The notes under the pieces are model-generated. The model had not been told where the DNA came from and did no database searches. It saw only the letters and a program-made list of their open reading frames with translations. From an uncultured Planctomycetaceae bacterium (lineage in GTDB: Bacteria; Planctomycetota; Phycisphaerae; SM23-33), in assembly GCA_964401835.1 (NCBI GenBank), contig CAYNZP010000011.1, positions 18,812 to 82,811 on the forward strand: a stretch of 64,000 bases of DNA, written 5' to 3'. This document shows positions 26,170-36,277 of the stretch, piece by piece (the stretch's first letter is position 1; each line of letters starts with the position of its first letter). A program made the position numbers and the translations under genes.

Positions 26170-27588
26170 ATGGCCGCTAAGAAAAGTAAAAAAACAACAA
26201 GTTCGAAGAAATCATGGCAAGGGCGACTAAAGGCTGAAGCCGACGAAGTAACCGCCAATCTGCTGGCGAGTCTGGACGTGGATCGTCAGCTGTGGCGATA
26301 CGACATTGTCGGCTCGATTGCCCATGCGCGGATGCTGAGCAATGTCGGCATAATCACGAAGAAAGATTTTGCGTCGATAAAATCCGGCCTGCTGTCTATC
26401 GGCAAGGATATCGAAGCGGGCAAGCTAAAGATGCCCATCGAGCTCGAAGACATACACATGATCATCGAAAAGGCACTGATAGACCGGACAGGCGACGCTG
26501 GAGCGAAATTGCACACCGGCCGAAGCCGAAACGACCAGGTTTGCCTGGACCTGCGATTATGGGCACGGGATGCCGTTGATGAGCTTATCGAGGCCATTGG
26601 AAACCTGCAGAAACAGTTCGTAGCTGCCGCTGCCAAATACGAAAAAACGGTCATTCCGTCATACACACACCTGCAGCGGGCCCAGCCGACACTCGTCGGT
26701 CATGTGCTGTTGGCCTATGTTGAGATGCTGCAGCGCGATGCGGACCGGCTGGCGGATGCACGCCTGCGGATAAACGTCAGCCCGCTCGGAAGCGGCGCTG
26801 TAGCTGGTACGTCACTGCCTTTGGACCGGGAGATGACCGCCAAGGAACTCGCCTTCCCAATGCTAAGCCGAAACAGTATCGACGCCACAAGCGATCGGGA
26901 CTTTTTGGCTGAGCTGTGCTTCTGCTGCGCGATGCTGGGTGTGCATCTTTCACGATGGGCTGAGGATTGGATTATCCAATCGACCACGGAGTTCGGAGCA
27001 ATCGAGCTTTGCGACGCATATTGCACGTCGAGTTCGATGATGCCGCAAAAGAAAAACGCCGACACTCTCGAGCTGATTCGAGGCAAAAGCGCCGGCGTTA
27101 TCGCCCAGCTTACGGGCATGCTGACCCTGCTAAAGGGACTTCCGCTGGCCTACAACCGGGACTTGCAGGACGACAAACGGTTCGCATTCGCAGCTGTCGA
27201 GTCAATGAGCCAGTCACTGGCTGTGGCTGCGGGAATTGTCTCCACCGCCAAGTTCAAGCAGGACAAGATATCCGAAAATATTGACGAGGGTTTTTTGGAC
27301 GCAACGAGCCTGGCGGAGTATCTGGTAGGCAAGGGTATCCCCTTCCGAAAAGCTCACGGGATCGTCGGCAAGCTGGTAGCCAAAGCGGACGTCGAGAATA
27401 AAAAACTCTCGGAGCTGAAATTGGAAACTCTGCAGTCAGCCTGTGCTAAAATTCAAAAGGACGTTTTCGGTTATCTTGGCTCGGGGAACGTCGTCAAGCG
27501 GTACTGCCCCGACGGTGCCGGTGGAGCAAAGCAGCTCCGCAAGCAACTGGCCTTCTGGAAAAAGTTTTTGAAAAAGAAGCTCGCCTGA
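26170..27588 (+). CDS. argH: Argininosuccinate lyase
   Basis: KLHTGRSRNDQV, PSYTHLQRAQP, SPLGSGA, SSMMPQKKN, YNRDLQDDK. Confidence 0.96.
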   Translation: MAAKKSKKTTSSKKSWQGRLKAEADEVTANLLASLDVDRQLWRYDIVGSIAHARMLSNVGIITKKDFASIKSGLLSIGKDIEAGKLKMPIELEDIHMIIEKALIDRTGDAGAKLHTGRSRNDQVCLDLRLWARDAVDELIEAIGNLQKQFVAAAAKYEKTVIPSYTHLQRAQPTLVGHVLLAYVEMLQRDADRLADARLRINVSPLGSGAVAGTSLPLDREMTAKELAFPMLSRNSIDATSDRDFLAELCFCCAMLGVHLSRWAEDWIIQSTTEFGAIELCDAYCTSSSMMPQKKNADTLELIRGKSAGVIAQLTGMLTLLKGLPLAYNRDLQDDKRFAFAAVESMSQSLAVAAGIVSTAKFKQDKISENIDEGFLDATSLAEYLVGKGIPFRKAHGIVGKLVAKADVENKKLSELKLETLQSACAKIQKDVFGYLGSGNVVKRYCPDGAGGAKQLRKQLAFWKKFLKKKLA

Positions 27589-27590
27589 AA

Positions 27591-28484
27591 ATGCGGGAAC
27601 TGGACTTTCTAGATTGGATTCGATCTCAAAGCGACTTCGACCCGGCTGTCGTACCGGTCGGCCCGGGCGATGACTGCGCCGTAATAAATCACGGCAACGA
27701 GAAGTTAATCGTAACGACCGACCAGCTTCTCGACGGCGTGCACTTCCAGCTCGAAAAATGCGGCCCGAAACTCGCCGGCAGAAAAGCCATGGCCCGGAAT
27801 CTGTCGGATATCGCCGCAATGGCCAGTGAGCCGACGGCGGCTACGGCTACTGTCGCGCTGCCGCAGGGTTTTTCGCAGACAGACGCACAGGAGCTTTACC
27901 GAGGCCTGCGGGAAATCGGCGATAAATTCAACTGCTGTCTGGTCGGTGGAGATGTCGGCAGCTGGGATAAACCGCTGGCAATCAGCGTTACCGTCTTCGC
28001 CAGCCCCAGCGGAATTGAGCCGGTCCTGCGAAGTACTGCCAAAGCCGGTGATGCCGTCTGTGTCACGGGCCAGATGGGCCGGGCGTGGAAGACTACAAAG
28101 CATCTGGAGTTCACCCCGCGAATCCGGGAGGCGAGAGAACTCGCTTCACAATATGGACTCAGCGCGATGATAGATATCTCAGACGGGTTGGCCATCGATT
28201 TGGGCAGGCTTTGCAAGGCGTCCGGTGTTGGGGCCAGGATAAACTCCCCATATATTCCGCTGAGCGAAAGCGCCAGCCTGGCCGAAGCACTTGGCGATGG
28301 CGAGGATTACGAGCTGTTATTTACTCTGCCACAAGATAAAGCGAGAGAACTTTTGGACTCTCAGCCTTTGGGCGTAAAAGTCGCCCAAATCGGCGAGATA
28401 ACCGAAGCTACCGAGCTTTTGCTGATAGAAGCTGACGGACAGGGTCAGCCGTTAAAGCTCAGCGGTTGGGAACATAAGACTTAA
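27591..28484 (+). CDS. thiL: Thiamine-monophosphate kinase
   Basis: GPGDDCAVI, GVHF, RNLSDIAAM, LVGGD, MIDISDGL, GEDYELLFT. Confidence 0.92.
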   Translation: MRELDFLDWIRSQSDFDPAVVPVGPGDDCAVINHGNEKLIVTTDQLLDGVHFQLEKCGPKLAGRKAMARNLSDIAAMASEPTAATATVALPQGFSQTDAQELYRGLREIGDKFNCCLVGGDVGSWDKPLAISVTVFASPSGIEPVLRSTAKAGDAVCVTGQMGRAWKTTKHLEFTPRIREARELASQYGLSAMIDISDGLAIDLGRLCKASGVGARINSPYIPLSESASLAEALGDGEDYELLFTLPQDKARELLDSQPLGVKVAQIGEITEATELLLIEADGQGQPLKLSGWEHKT

Positions 28485-28493
28485 TAAAACAAA

Positions 28494-28943
28494 ATGGAAA
28501 CATTCGAGACAAAAAGTGTAAAAGGCACGTTCGGCCTTGGCAAGAAGCTGGGCAAGCGTTTCGCAGCCGGCGATTGCGTCGCGCTTACCGGCCAACTCGG
28601 CGCGGGCAAGACCGCACTTGTGCGCGGCATAGCTACCGGCCTGGGTCTTGGCGACGAAAGATTGGTTTCGAGCCCGACCTTTGTACTCATCCAGGAATAC
28701 CCGGCTTCACTTCCGGTCTATCATGTAGACCTCTACCGGCTCAGTGATGCGGAAACCGAATTTGTCGACCTCGGCATCGATGAGATGCTACTCGACGGCG
28801 TAGTGCTCATAGAATGGGCTGAGCGGGCGGCTGCTGCCCTGCCCAAGCCTTATTGGCAAATCACCATAGACATTCTTTCCCAAAAAAGCAGGCGGTTTAC
28901 ACTTCAGCGTATTTCGGCAAAAGCCGGCAATGGATTGACATAA
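28494..28943 (+). CDS. tsaE: t6A biosynthesis ATPase TsaE
   Basis: GQLGAGKT, VSSPTF, HVDLYRL, LIEWAE. Confidence 0.93.
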   Translation: METFETKSVKGTFGLGKKLGKRFAAGDCVALTGQLGAGKTALVRGIATGLGLGDERLVSSPTFVLIQEYPASLPVYHVDLYRLSDAETEFVDLGIDEMLLDGVVLIEWAERAAAALPKPYWQITIDILSQKSRRFTLQRISAKAGNGLT

Positions 28944-28963
28944 ATCGCCTTGCGCGTTAGTGT
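28935..28963 (+). promoter_or_regulatory. Internal sigma70-type promoter candidate for argB-argF
   Basis: TTGACA-N17-TAGTGT overlapping the end of tsaE. Confidence 0.5.
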
Positions 28964-28988
28964 TTCCCTTTCTCTTTCCGGAGCAAAA

Positions 28989-29861
28989 ATGGAAAAAGCT
29001 ATCGAAAAAGCACAGACGCTTATCGAGGCCCTGAGCTACATTCAGTGCTTCGCGGACAAGATCGTTGTCGTCAAGATGGGCGGCTCGGTGATGGACGACG
29101 AGCGCGCACTGACCGACCTGCTGACGGACATAGTGTTCATGAATACTGTAGGCATGCGGCCGGTTATCGTACACGGTGGCGGCAAGGCTATATCCGACGC
29201 GATGGAAAAGCGGGGTCTGGAAGTGCAGTTCGTCCAAGGCCGACGCTACACCGACCAGCGGTCACTTAATGTTGTCGAACATGTCCTCTGCAACGAGGTA
29301 AACCAGCACATCGTAAAAGTAATCGAGTCGCTTGGCTCGAGCGCGATGGGTTTGCATACGCTGAGCAGTGGTGTGCTTTTCGGTGAAAAGCTCTTCCTCG
29401 AAGATGAAGGTCGTAAGGTAGACCTCGGCTTTGTCGGGAAGGTCAACAGCGTAAACGCGAAGCTTGTCGAGCTTCTGTGTCATTCGGATACCATCCCTGT
29501 CATTGCCCCACTTGCTCGAGACAAGACCGGCACGAAGCTTAACTGCAATGCCGACACAGCCGCCGGCGAGGTAGCAGCTACCCTCAAGGCGGAAAAACTC
29601 GTTATGGTTACCGACACGCACGGAATCCGGCAAGACCCCGAAGACGCAGAAAGCGTAATACACACCGCAAACGAAGAGGAAATCCGAATGATGATAGACG
29701 ACGGTACGATTGCCGGCGGAATGCTGCCGAAAGTCGAATCGTGTCTGCGGGCTCTCGATGCCGGTGTGAGTCGCACGCACATCATCGACGGACGATTCAG
29801 CCATTCGCTGCTTTTGGAGATATTCTCCGACAAGGGCGTTGGCACGCTCATTCAAAAGTAA
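28989..29861 (+). CDS. argB: Acetylglutamate kinase
   Basis: VVKMGGS, IVHGGG, GRRYTD, NCNADTAAG, GGMLPKV, HIIDGR. Confidence 0.95.
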   Translation: MEKAIEKAQTLIEALSYIQCFADKIVVVKMGGSVMDDERALTDLLTDIVFMNTVGMRPVIVHGGGKAISDAMEKRGLEVQFVQGRRYTDQRSLNVVEHVLCNEVNQHIVKVIESLGSSAMGLHTLSSGVLFGEKLFLEDEGRKVDLGFVGKVNSVNAKLVELLCHSDTIPVIAPLARDKTGTKLNCNADTAAGEVAATLKAEKLVMVTDTHGIRQDPEDAESVIHTANEEEIRMMIDDGTIAGGMLPKVESCLRALDAGVSRTHIIDGRFSHSLLLEIFSDKGVGTLIQK

Positions 29862-29877
29862 CAGTTGAGGTTTTGAA

Positions 29878-30798
29878 GTGATGGCCAAAGATTTTATCAA
29901 TTTAACTGATTTCAGCTCAAAGCAGCTTTTGGCGCTGCTCGACCGCGCTATTGCCGACAAGGCCTTATTAGCGAAAGGCAAGCTCCCTGCCTCTTTAGAG
30001 CGAAAGACCCTTGCCATGATCTTTGAGAAGCCCTCACTGCGAACCCGCGTGAGCTTCGAAACGGCCATGACTCAATTAGGCGGGCACGCGATATACATGA
30101 CTCAGGCAGATATAGGCCTGGGCAAGCGGGAAGAAACCAAAGACATCGCACGGGTCCTTGATCGGATGTGCGAAGGTGTCATCGCCCGTACGTTCAGCCA
30201 CGAGCTAATCGAGGAATTGGCCGGCTGTTCTTCAAAACCAGTTGTAAACGCCCTGACGGATTATTCCCATCCCTGCCAGGCGATGGCTGACGTCATGACA
30301 GCCAAGGAGCATTTCGGCGACCTTGCGGGCAAGACAATCGTCTTCGTAGGCGACGGAAACAATGTAGCGCGAAGCCTGGCTGTGGCGTGTGAAAAGCTGG
30401 ACATGAAGTTCATCCTGGCCTGCCCGGCTGGCTATGAACTGGAAAAGTCTTTTACGCAGTCAGTTTCTGCCCAGTCCTATGGCTGCACCAATGATCCCGT
30501 TGAAGCCGTCAAAAAAGCTGACGTAATATACGCCGACACTTGGATATCGATGGGTCAGGAAGAGGAAAAACAGAAGCGGCTGAATGACTTTTCCGGCTTC
30601 CAGATAAATTCCGAACTTATGGCAGTTGCGCCAAGCTCAGCCGTCGTCATGCACTGTCTGCCGGCTTATCGGGACTATGAAATTACAGATGAGGTCTTCG
30701 AAGCCAATGCCCAAATCATCTTCGAAGAGGCGGAAAACCGGCTCCACTTCCAGCGATCTCTGCTCAATATCCTGATTGCTGAAGGTGGAATCGGTTAG
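29878..30798 (+). CDS. argF: Ornithine carbamoyltransferase
   Basis: FEKPSLRTRVSFE, HPCQAMAD, GDGNNV, YADTWISMG, MHCLPA, AENRLH. Confidence 0.95.
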   Translation: MMAKDFINLTDFSSKQLLALLDRAIADKALLAKGKLPASLERKTLAMIFEKPSLRTRVSFETAMTQLGGHAIYMTQADIGLGKREETKDIARVLDRMCEGVIARTFSHELIEELAGCSSKPVVNALTDYSHPCQAMADVMTAKEHFGDLAGKTIVFVGDGNNVARSLAVACEKLDMKFILACPAGYELEKSFTQSVSAQSYGCTNDPVEAVKKADVIYADTWISMGQEEEKQKRLNDFSGFQINSELMAVAPSSAVVMHCLPAYRDYEITDEVFEANAQIIFEEAENRLHFQRSLLNILIAEGGIG

Positions 30799-30818
30799 TC
30801 GAGTATCCGTGAGATGTC

Positions 30819-31676
30819 GTGATGAAAGTAGCAAAAGCACAAAAGGGAAGTTTTGTATGGGGAGACATGGGGATGTCCGAGAGCCAAATAAGAGTAATTT
30901 TCGATGAGGATGCAAAATTGTATGATGAAATGCGTCCTGGGTATCCAGAGGCGCTTGTCCGTGATATCTTGGAGCTATCAGGGATATCGGAAAATTCGAA
31001 AATTCTGGAGATAGGGTGCGGCACGGGTCAGGCAACAAAGCCATTTGTACAACGAGGATTTCCGATACTCTGTTTGGACGTTGGGAAAAACATGATAGCC
31101 GTTGCATGCCAAAAGTTCCGTAATTTCAGCAACGTGAAGTTCCTAGCTGTATCGTTTGAAGAGTGGTCCGCAGGGAAGGAACAATTTGATCTGGTGATTT
31201 CCGCTACAGCCTTTCATTGGATTACACCGGAAATTCGCCTCAAAAAAGCAGCAACTATTCTTAGAGATGGAGGGGACATCGCTGTTTTTCGAAACGTATA
31301 TCCAGATACAGATAAAGATAAAGATTTCTTCTGTGCACTTCATGATGTCTACCGGGACAGTGTGCCGGAATGGAACATCTCTCAGAAGGAGAAAAAATAC
31401 AAGTCAAATTATGAGCGTAAGATCAAGATGCTGGAAGATGAAATCGACAACACAGGGCTGTTCCACAAAACCAGTATTAGACGATATCCATGGAGTGTTA
31501 AGTATTCTTCTGAAGAGTATGTCAGGCTTCTCAATACGTATTCTGACCATCGTAACTTGAAAGAAAGCACAAAACGGAAGTTGTTCTACAAAATTGTCAA
31601 GTTAATAGACCAGTTTGGTGGAACTATCACAAGACCATATCTTTCGGTTCTCCATTTTGCCAAGAAAAAGGGATAG
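30819..31676 (+). CDS. Class I SAM-dependent methyltransferase (AT-rich, orphan)
   Basis: RPGYP, ILEIGCGTGQAT, FDLVISATAFHW; exact start uncertain. Confidence 0.85.
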   Translation: MMKVAKAQKGSFVWGDMGMSESQIRVIFDEDAKLYDEMRPGYPEALVRDILELSGISENSKILEIGCGTGQATKPFVQRGFPILCLDVGKNMIAVACQKFRNFSNVKFLAVSFEEWSAGKEQFDLVISATAFHWITPEIRLKKAATILRDGGDIAVFRNVYPDTDKDKDFFCALHDVYRDSVPEWNISQKEKKYKSNYERKIKMLEDEIDNTGLFHKTSIRRYPWSVKYSSEEYVRLLNTYSDHRNLKESTKRKLFYKIVKLIDQFGGTITRPYLSVLHFAKKKG

Positions 31677-31713
31677 TATTGCTCACCCCCTATTTTCCGT
31701 TCCAGCCTAAGTG

Positions 31714-31741
31714 GCGTGAACGCAGTTCAAGCAATACCTAC
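31714..31741 (-). repeat. Single REP-like hairpin with GTAG foot
   Basis: Minus strand GTAG-gtatt-GCTTGAAC-tgc-GTTCACGC (7 of 8 pairs). Confidence 0.35.
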
Positions 31742-32006
31742 AACAGCAGCATCGGCGCGGGGAACTGATGAAAAAGGTCAGCGAGCTTTCAGCTAAGCGA
31801 GCTCAATTCGTCAAAGATAAACTTGCCAAAGATAAAGGCTCTAAAAAGGGTTTTGACCAAAAGGTTATAGAAGTTTTGCGGATTCAGGCTGCAAAAAAGA
31901 ACATTACTTACAAATAACTTAAAAGACCAAGCTTAGCAGCCATAGAGCCACGGCGGATTAATCTGAATCCGTCGTGGTTTCCGACTTTCTGTCCGCAATA
32001 CCCGCA

Positions 32007-33812
32007 CTATCCGACAGCTACCGGTTCACGTTGCTCGTCCGCAGAGACAGCCCTTGCCAGAGGCTCCAAAACATGGGGCGTGACGAAACGGCACAACGCC
32101 GGGACGGTTCGATCCCCGTACCGGTAGTTCTTCTCGTAGAACATTGGTGGTTCGTAGGTCCAGCCTGCGGCAAGCCGCTTTCCTTCCTTGCGGACCTTCC
32201 ACAATATGTATCGTCCGCCTATGGCCGCAAACAATCGTGACTTGAGTCCGAACTCGTAATGAAGATCCTTCAGGATGGCAGACATCTTCTTTCGCATCGT
32301 GATATTCTTGCTGTAGTAGAGCCTCATGGCCTTGATCGCTGCAGAGAATGCGGTCCCAAGCTCACTGGCCTCCCGTTCGTAGCGGCGCCGGATCCGCAAG
32401 TTCGGATGATTCTTGTAGCGTTTCCAGCCGGCCAGAGTCGTCCGCACGATCCTCGCCACGCTGGGGCCGTTGACTTCAAAATCGCGATCGAACGCCCGCC
32501 AAATGAACTCGCTTTCCTGTCCGTCAGCAATATAGGGATGGCGGTAGTTGAATATCAACTGTCCGTGAATGTCGGCCTCTTCATACTCGTCGGGATGCTT
32601 CATCCTGCCCAGGGCCGACAGCTCGGAATGAAGCGGCGTGCCGGGGATGGGAGTATAGAGCATGAACTGATGGAAGTCGGTATCATGCTGGACGGCGTAA
32701 TCGATTGCCTGGTCCATATTCTCGGGCGTATGCTCTTCCAGGCCGATGATGCTTGAACCGAGCACGCGAATGCCATGTGATTGCAGCTCGCCTACCAGTT
32801 TCCGCGCGTCGATGCCGTGTAGCTTGGTATATTGGCTGTCCTGGCCCTCAAGGCCCATCCAAACCCATGATATCCCCAGTCCCACAAGCTGATCAAAGGT
32901 ATACGAACGCAGCACGTTGGCGGAACTGAAGACATACAGAGCCCATGCTTTGTCGTGGAGTTCCATCAACTCCAGCAGCCGCAGTGCCCGTTTGCGGTGC
33001 AGCAGGAAGTTCTCGTCCATGATGAAGAAGGATTGAACCTGCATCGACTCTTCGAGCTGGCACATCACGTCGAACAGCTCATCGCCGGTTTCATAGAAGT
33101 TGATAAACTTTCCCTTGCCGCCGAACATAGCCGACGTGGAGCAGAAGTTGCATCCTAAAGGACAGCCTACCGACGGGATGATGGTAGCCGCTACATCGCC
33201 CGGGTTCTCCTTGAGAGTTATGCCCATGTTCCGCGTCCCGATGCCTGAAAAGATCATGGGATGCCGAACGGGTCGATCCTCATCTTCTCCAAGATATCGG
33301 CGGAACCATCGCACCCCTTCGCCCTTGACGATGATGTCCGCATCGATCCGAGCATCGAGGTCCGGCATGTTGGCGATGTGCCCTCCGATAACGATAGTCG
33401 CGTCCGGCAGATATTGCCGCACCAGTTCGCACATTTTCCGAACCTTAAGTGTGTTTGGAATAATGCTGCTTATCCCGACGACGTCGTAGGAGTTGTCGCG
33501 GATCTCCTGGACGAAGCGGTCGAGTGTCGGGAAGTCCAGCAGCGTGCAAGGAGCCTCGATATTCGCCTGGATCAGCATCAGGCCCCAACTGCGGTGAAAC
33601 ATTCGCAATGAGAACGGGCCCTGAACTCTGGTGACCTGGTTGTGGTATAACTCCATAGGGTTTATAGCCCGGCTGCCGTACTCGTCGTCCTGAGCGTACG
33701 GGCCGAACACGCTGCTCAACAGGACCTTCGCCTTGGATGCGAGCGGATGTGCCGGCTGCGGGGGCCGGGGAGCTTCTCTCTCTGCTTTAATGATGTTAGC
33801 GTCTTGTATCAC
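32007..33812 (-). CDS. Cobalamin-dependent (class B) radical SAM protein, substrate unknown
   Basis: N-terminal B12-binding-like region (DVVGISS...IVIGGH), SVGCPLGCNFCS, MDENF, GLE, YTPIPGTPL. Confidence 0.85.
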   Translation of the reverse strand: MIQDANIIKAEREAPRPPQPAHPLASKAKVLLSSVFGPYAQDDEYGSRAINPMELYHNQVTRVQGPFSLRMFHRSWGLMLIQANIEAPCTLLDFPTLDRFVQEIRDNSYDVVGISSIIPNTLKVRKMCELVRQYLPDATIVIGGHIANMPDLDARIDADIIVKGEGVRWFRRYLGEDEDRPVRHPMIFSGIGTRNMGITLKENPGDVAATIIPSVGCPLGCNFCSTSAMFGGKGKFINFYETGDELFDVMCQLEESMQVQSFFIMDENFLLHRKRALRLLELMELHDKAWALYVFSSANVLRSYTFDQLVGLGISWVWMGLEGQDSQYTKLHGIDARKLVGELQSHGIRVLGSSIIGLEEHTPENMDQAIDYAVQHDTDFHQFMLYTPIPGTPLHSELSALGRMKHPDEYEEADIHGQLIFNYRHPYIADGQESEFIWRAFDRDFEVNGPSVARIVRTTLAGWKRYKNHPNLRIRRRYEREASELGTAFSAAIKAMRLYYSKNITMRKKMSAILKDLHYEFGLKSRLFAAIGGRYILWKVRKEGKRLAAGWTYEPPMFYEKNYRYGDRTVPALCRFVTPHVLEPLARAVSADEQREPVAVG

Positions 33813-33991
33813 TTAACTTCTTTTCTGTATTGCCGTTACAAAGCCATCATTCCTCGATAGACCATCTTGGTGAACAACATACCTCTTGATTCGTTACCAA
33901 GCAGCTGAGGATTATACCCGAACCGGACAAAAAAGAAGAGAAAAGTTGCGGGCATGGAAAACTGAGTTGGCTTTGGTTAGACTATTGACCC

Positions 33992-34720
33992 ATGGCAAAA
34001 ATTAAAAGACACGACGGAAGAGCTCCTAGCCAGCTCAGAACAGTAAAGATTACTCCAGGTTTTGTCCGTTCAGCTGACGGTTCGTGCCTGATGGAGATGG
34101 GCGGAACGAGGGTTATCTGCACGGCAAGCTTTGTCGAGGGTGTTCCGAAATGGCGAGAGAATACCGGCCTTGGATGGGTTACTGCGGAGTATGCAATGCT
34201 ACCGGCCTCTACCGGGGCGAGGAAAAGACGCTCTGTCGGCAAACCTGACAGCAGAGGAGTCGAAATAGAACGTCTGATCGGCAGGGTTCTGCGAAGCGTC
34301 GTTCGCTTTGCCGCTCTGGGTGAAAACACAATTTACCTCGACTGCGACGTTCTGGAAGCTGACGGAGGGACGCGAACAGCTTCTATTACGGGCGCCTACG
34401 TCGCTTTGGCGCTTGCGGTAAAGAAAGCTGCCGCAGCAGGTCTTTGCAGGCCCAGCGCATTAAAGGGCGCCGTAGCGGCTGTGTCTGTCGGCATTGTCGA
34501 AGGCGTTGCGGTACTTGATCTGGACTATGTGGAAGACTCAGCAGCTGACGTGGATATGAACATAGCTTTGACAAGCGGGGGTAAATTTGTCGAACTTCAG
34601 GGAACCAGCGAACAAAAGCCTTTCGACTCCAGCGACCTGTCAAAAATGCTCAGTCTTGCACGGCGAGGAATTAATAAGCTTCTAAAAGAACAGCGAAAGG
34701 TTATTTCGGGAGGCAGGTAA
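33992..34720 (+). CDS. rph: Ribonuclease PH
   Basis: RHDGR, GWVTAEYAMLP, EIERLIGR, DCDVLEADGGTRTASITG, DLDYVEDS, ELQGTSE. Confidence 0.95.
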   Translation: MAKIKRHDGRAPSQLRTVKITPGFVRSADGSCLMEMGGTRVICTASFVEGVPKWRENTGLGWVTAEYAMLPASTGARKRRSVGKPDSRGVEIERLIGRVLRSVVRFAALGENTIYLDCDVLEADGGTRTASITGAYVALALAVKKAAAAGLCRPSALKGAVAAVSVGIVEGVAVLDLDYVEDSAADVDMNIALTSGGKFVELQGTSEQKPFDSSDLSKMLSLARRGINKLLKEQRKVISGGR

Positions 34721-34722
34721 AA

Positions 34723-35541
34723 ATGAAATTTATTGCCCTAACCTTGGTAACACTGACAGCTGCCCTTTTGGTCGGTTGTCAGCACAGCGGAAATACACAA
34801 CCGGCTGCGGGGCCAAGCCTTTTTTCGACCAAAAGCCACACTAATGGCGGGTATACTATTCTGCTGAAAACGTTTGGCGGGCCGGACCATAACGCAGAAA
34901 CGCGCAGGTATAAACAGGAAACCGAAAAACACGCAAAGTGGCGCGACCTTTACATTCTCCACGGCGATGGTAAGAGCGTGCTTTATCGCGGCAATTATAA
35001 ATCTCTTGAATCCGGCCAAAAGACTCTCAAAAAGGTTAAGGAGTGGACAGCCCCGGCAGGCATGAACATTTACGCCAAGGCATTTATCGTGCCACTGCCC
35101 GGCTCGGATCCGGGCCCGGTGGAATGGAAAATTTCTAACACCGCCGGCAAATACACCTATCTGGTGGCAATTTTCTATGACGAACCGGAAGCGAAGCCCC
35201 CTTACATCGGGCGAAAAGAGTTTGCCGTGCAATATTGCCGGCAACTTCGCCAAGAGGGCGAGCAAGCTTACTTCCACCATGGCCCGTCCCAATCGTGGGT
35301 TACTATCGGTTCTTTCCCACCTGAGACGGTGGTAAAGGTTCAGCGGGGTGAGAAGATAAGATTCGAAATTCACGACAAACGTGTTGATGAGCTTGGCCAG
35401 AAATATCCTTTCCTTGCGGTAAATGGACGAACAGAAAAAAGATGGCAAATAAACGCTCAAACCAAAATGGCTGAACTTGCTCCGAGAAAATGCGAACTGG
35501 TGGACATTCCCCGAAAAAAACCCGAAAGAAAGGTTCCCTAA
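34723..35541 (+). CDS. Lipoprotein of unknown function
   Basis: Lipobox LVGC after signal peptide; tightly packed between rph and rdgB. Confidence 0.75.
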   Translation: MKFIALTLVTLTAALLVGCQHSGNTQPAAGPSLFSTKSHTNGGYTILLKTFGGPDHNAETRRYKQETEKHAKWRDLYILHGDGKSVLYRGNYKSLESGQKTLKKVKEWTAPAGMNIYAKAFIVPLPGSDPGPVEWKISNTAGKYTYLVAIFYDEPEAKPPYIGRKEFAVQYCRQLRQEGEQAYFHHGPSQSWVTIGSFPPETVVKVQRGEKIRFEIHDKRVDELGQKYPFLAVNGRTEKRWQINAQTKMAELAPRKCELVDIPRKKPERKVP

Positions 35542-36183
35542 GTGAAAAGTCGTTCAATAGTCCTGGCCAGCCGGAATAAAGGAAAAGTTCGCGAAATTGA
35601 AGCTGTTCTGGCGCCGCTGGGAGTGAGGGTAAAAAGTCTTGATGATTACCCTGATATAACCGAGCCGGCTGAAGAAGGCGAGACTTTTGCCCAAAACGCG
35701 CGAGACAAAGCCATCTATTATGCCAAGGCTACCGGGCAATGGTGCCTGGCAGACGATTCCGGACTCGAAGTAGATGCCCTCGATGGCGCCCCCGGCGTTT
35801 ACAGTGCACGCTGGTCAACTGACCAATGCGATGAAAATGCCCCGCGGGAGGTCATAACTAATGCCAATAACGAAAGATTGCTGCGAGAACTTGCTGAAAC
35901 ACCGGACGAAAAAAGGACCGCACGGTTTGTTTGCCACCTTGCACTTGCAGAAGATGAGCGGGTAATTATCGAAACTTTCGACACACTAGAGGGAACGATT
36001 GCAAACCAGTTGCGTGGTAAGAATGGATTCGGATACGACCCCCTGTTTTTTCTGCCGCAGAGAAGCTGCACTGCAGCAGAGCTGACTGCCCAGGAAAAGA
36101 ATGAGATAAGCCATCGGGGAAAGGCTGTGCGCCATTTCGCCAAACTTCTGGGAAGTTTTCTTACTGCCCAGCAAAACAAGTAA
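35542..36183 (+). CDS. rdgB: XTP/dITP diphosphatase (RdgB/HAM1)
   Basis: LASRNKGK, CLADDSGLEVDALDGAPGVYSAR, GFGYDPLF, EKNEISHRGKA. Confidence 0.95.
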   Translation: MKSRSIVLASRNKGKVREIEAVLAPLGVRVKSLDDYPDITEPAEEGETFAQNARDKAIYYAKATGQWCLADDSGLEVDALDGAPGVYSARWSTDQCDENAPREVITNANNERLLRELAETPDEKRTARFVCHLALAEDERVIIETFDTLEGTIANQLRGKNGFGYDPLFFLPQRSCTAAELTAQEKNEISHRGKAVRHFAKLLGSFLTAQQNK

Positions 36184-36277
36184 ACCTTGACCAGGCTCTC
36201 TGCAAAGCTGTAATTAAAAAGGCCACGCTCAATTATTTGAACGTGACCTTTTATTTTTTCGTTACTCACCCTCAAAG

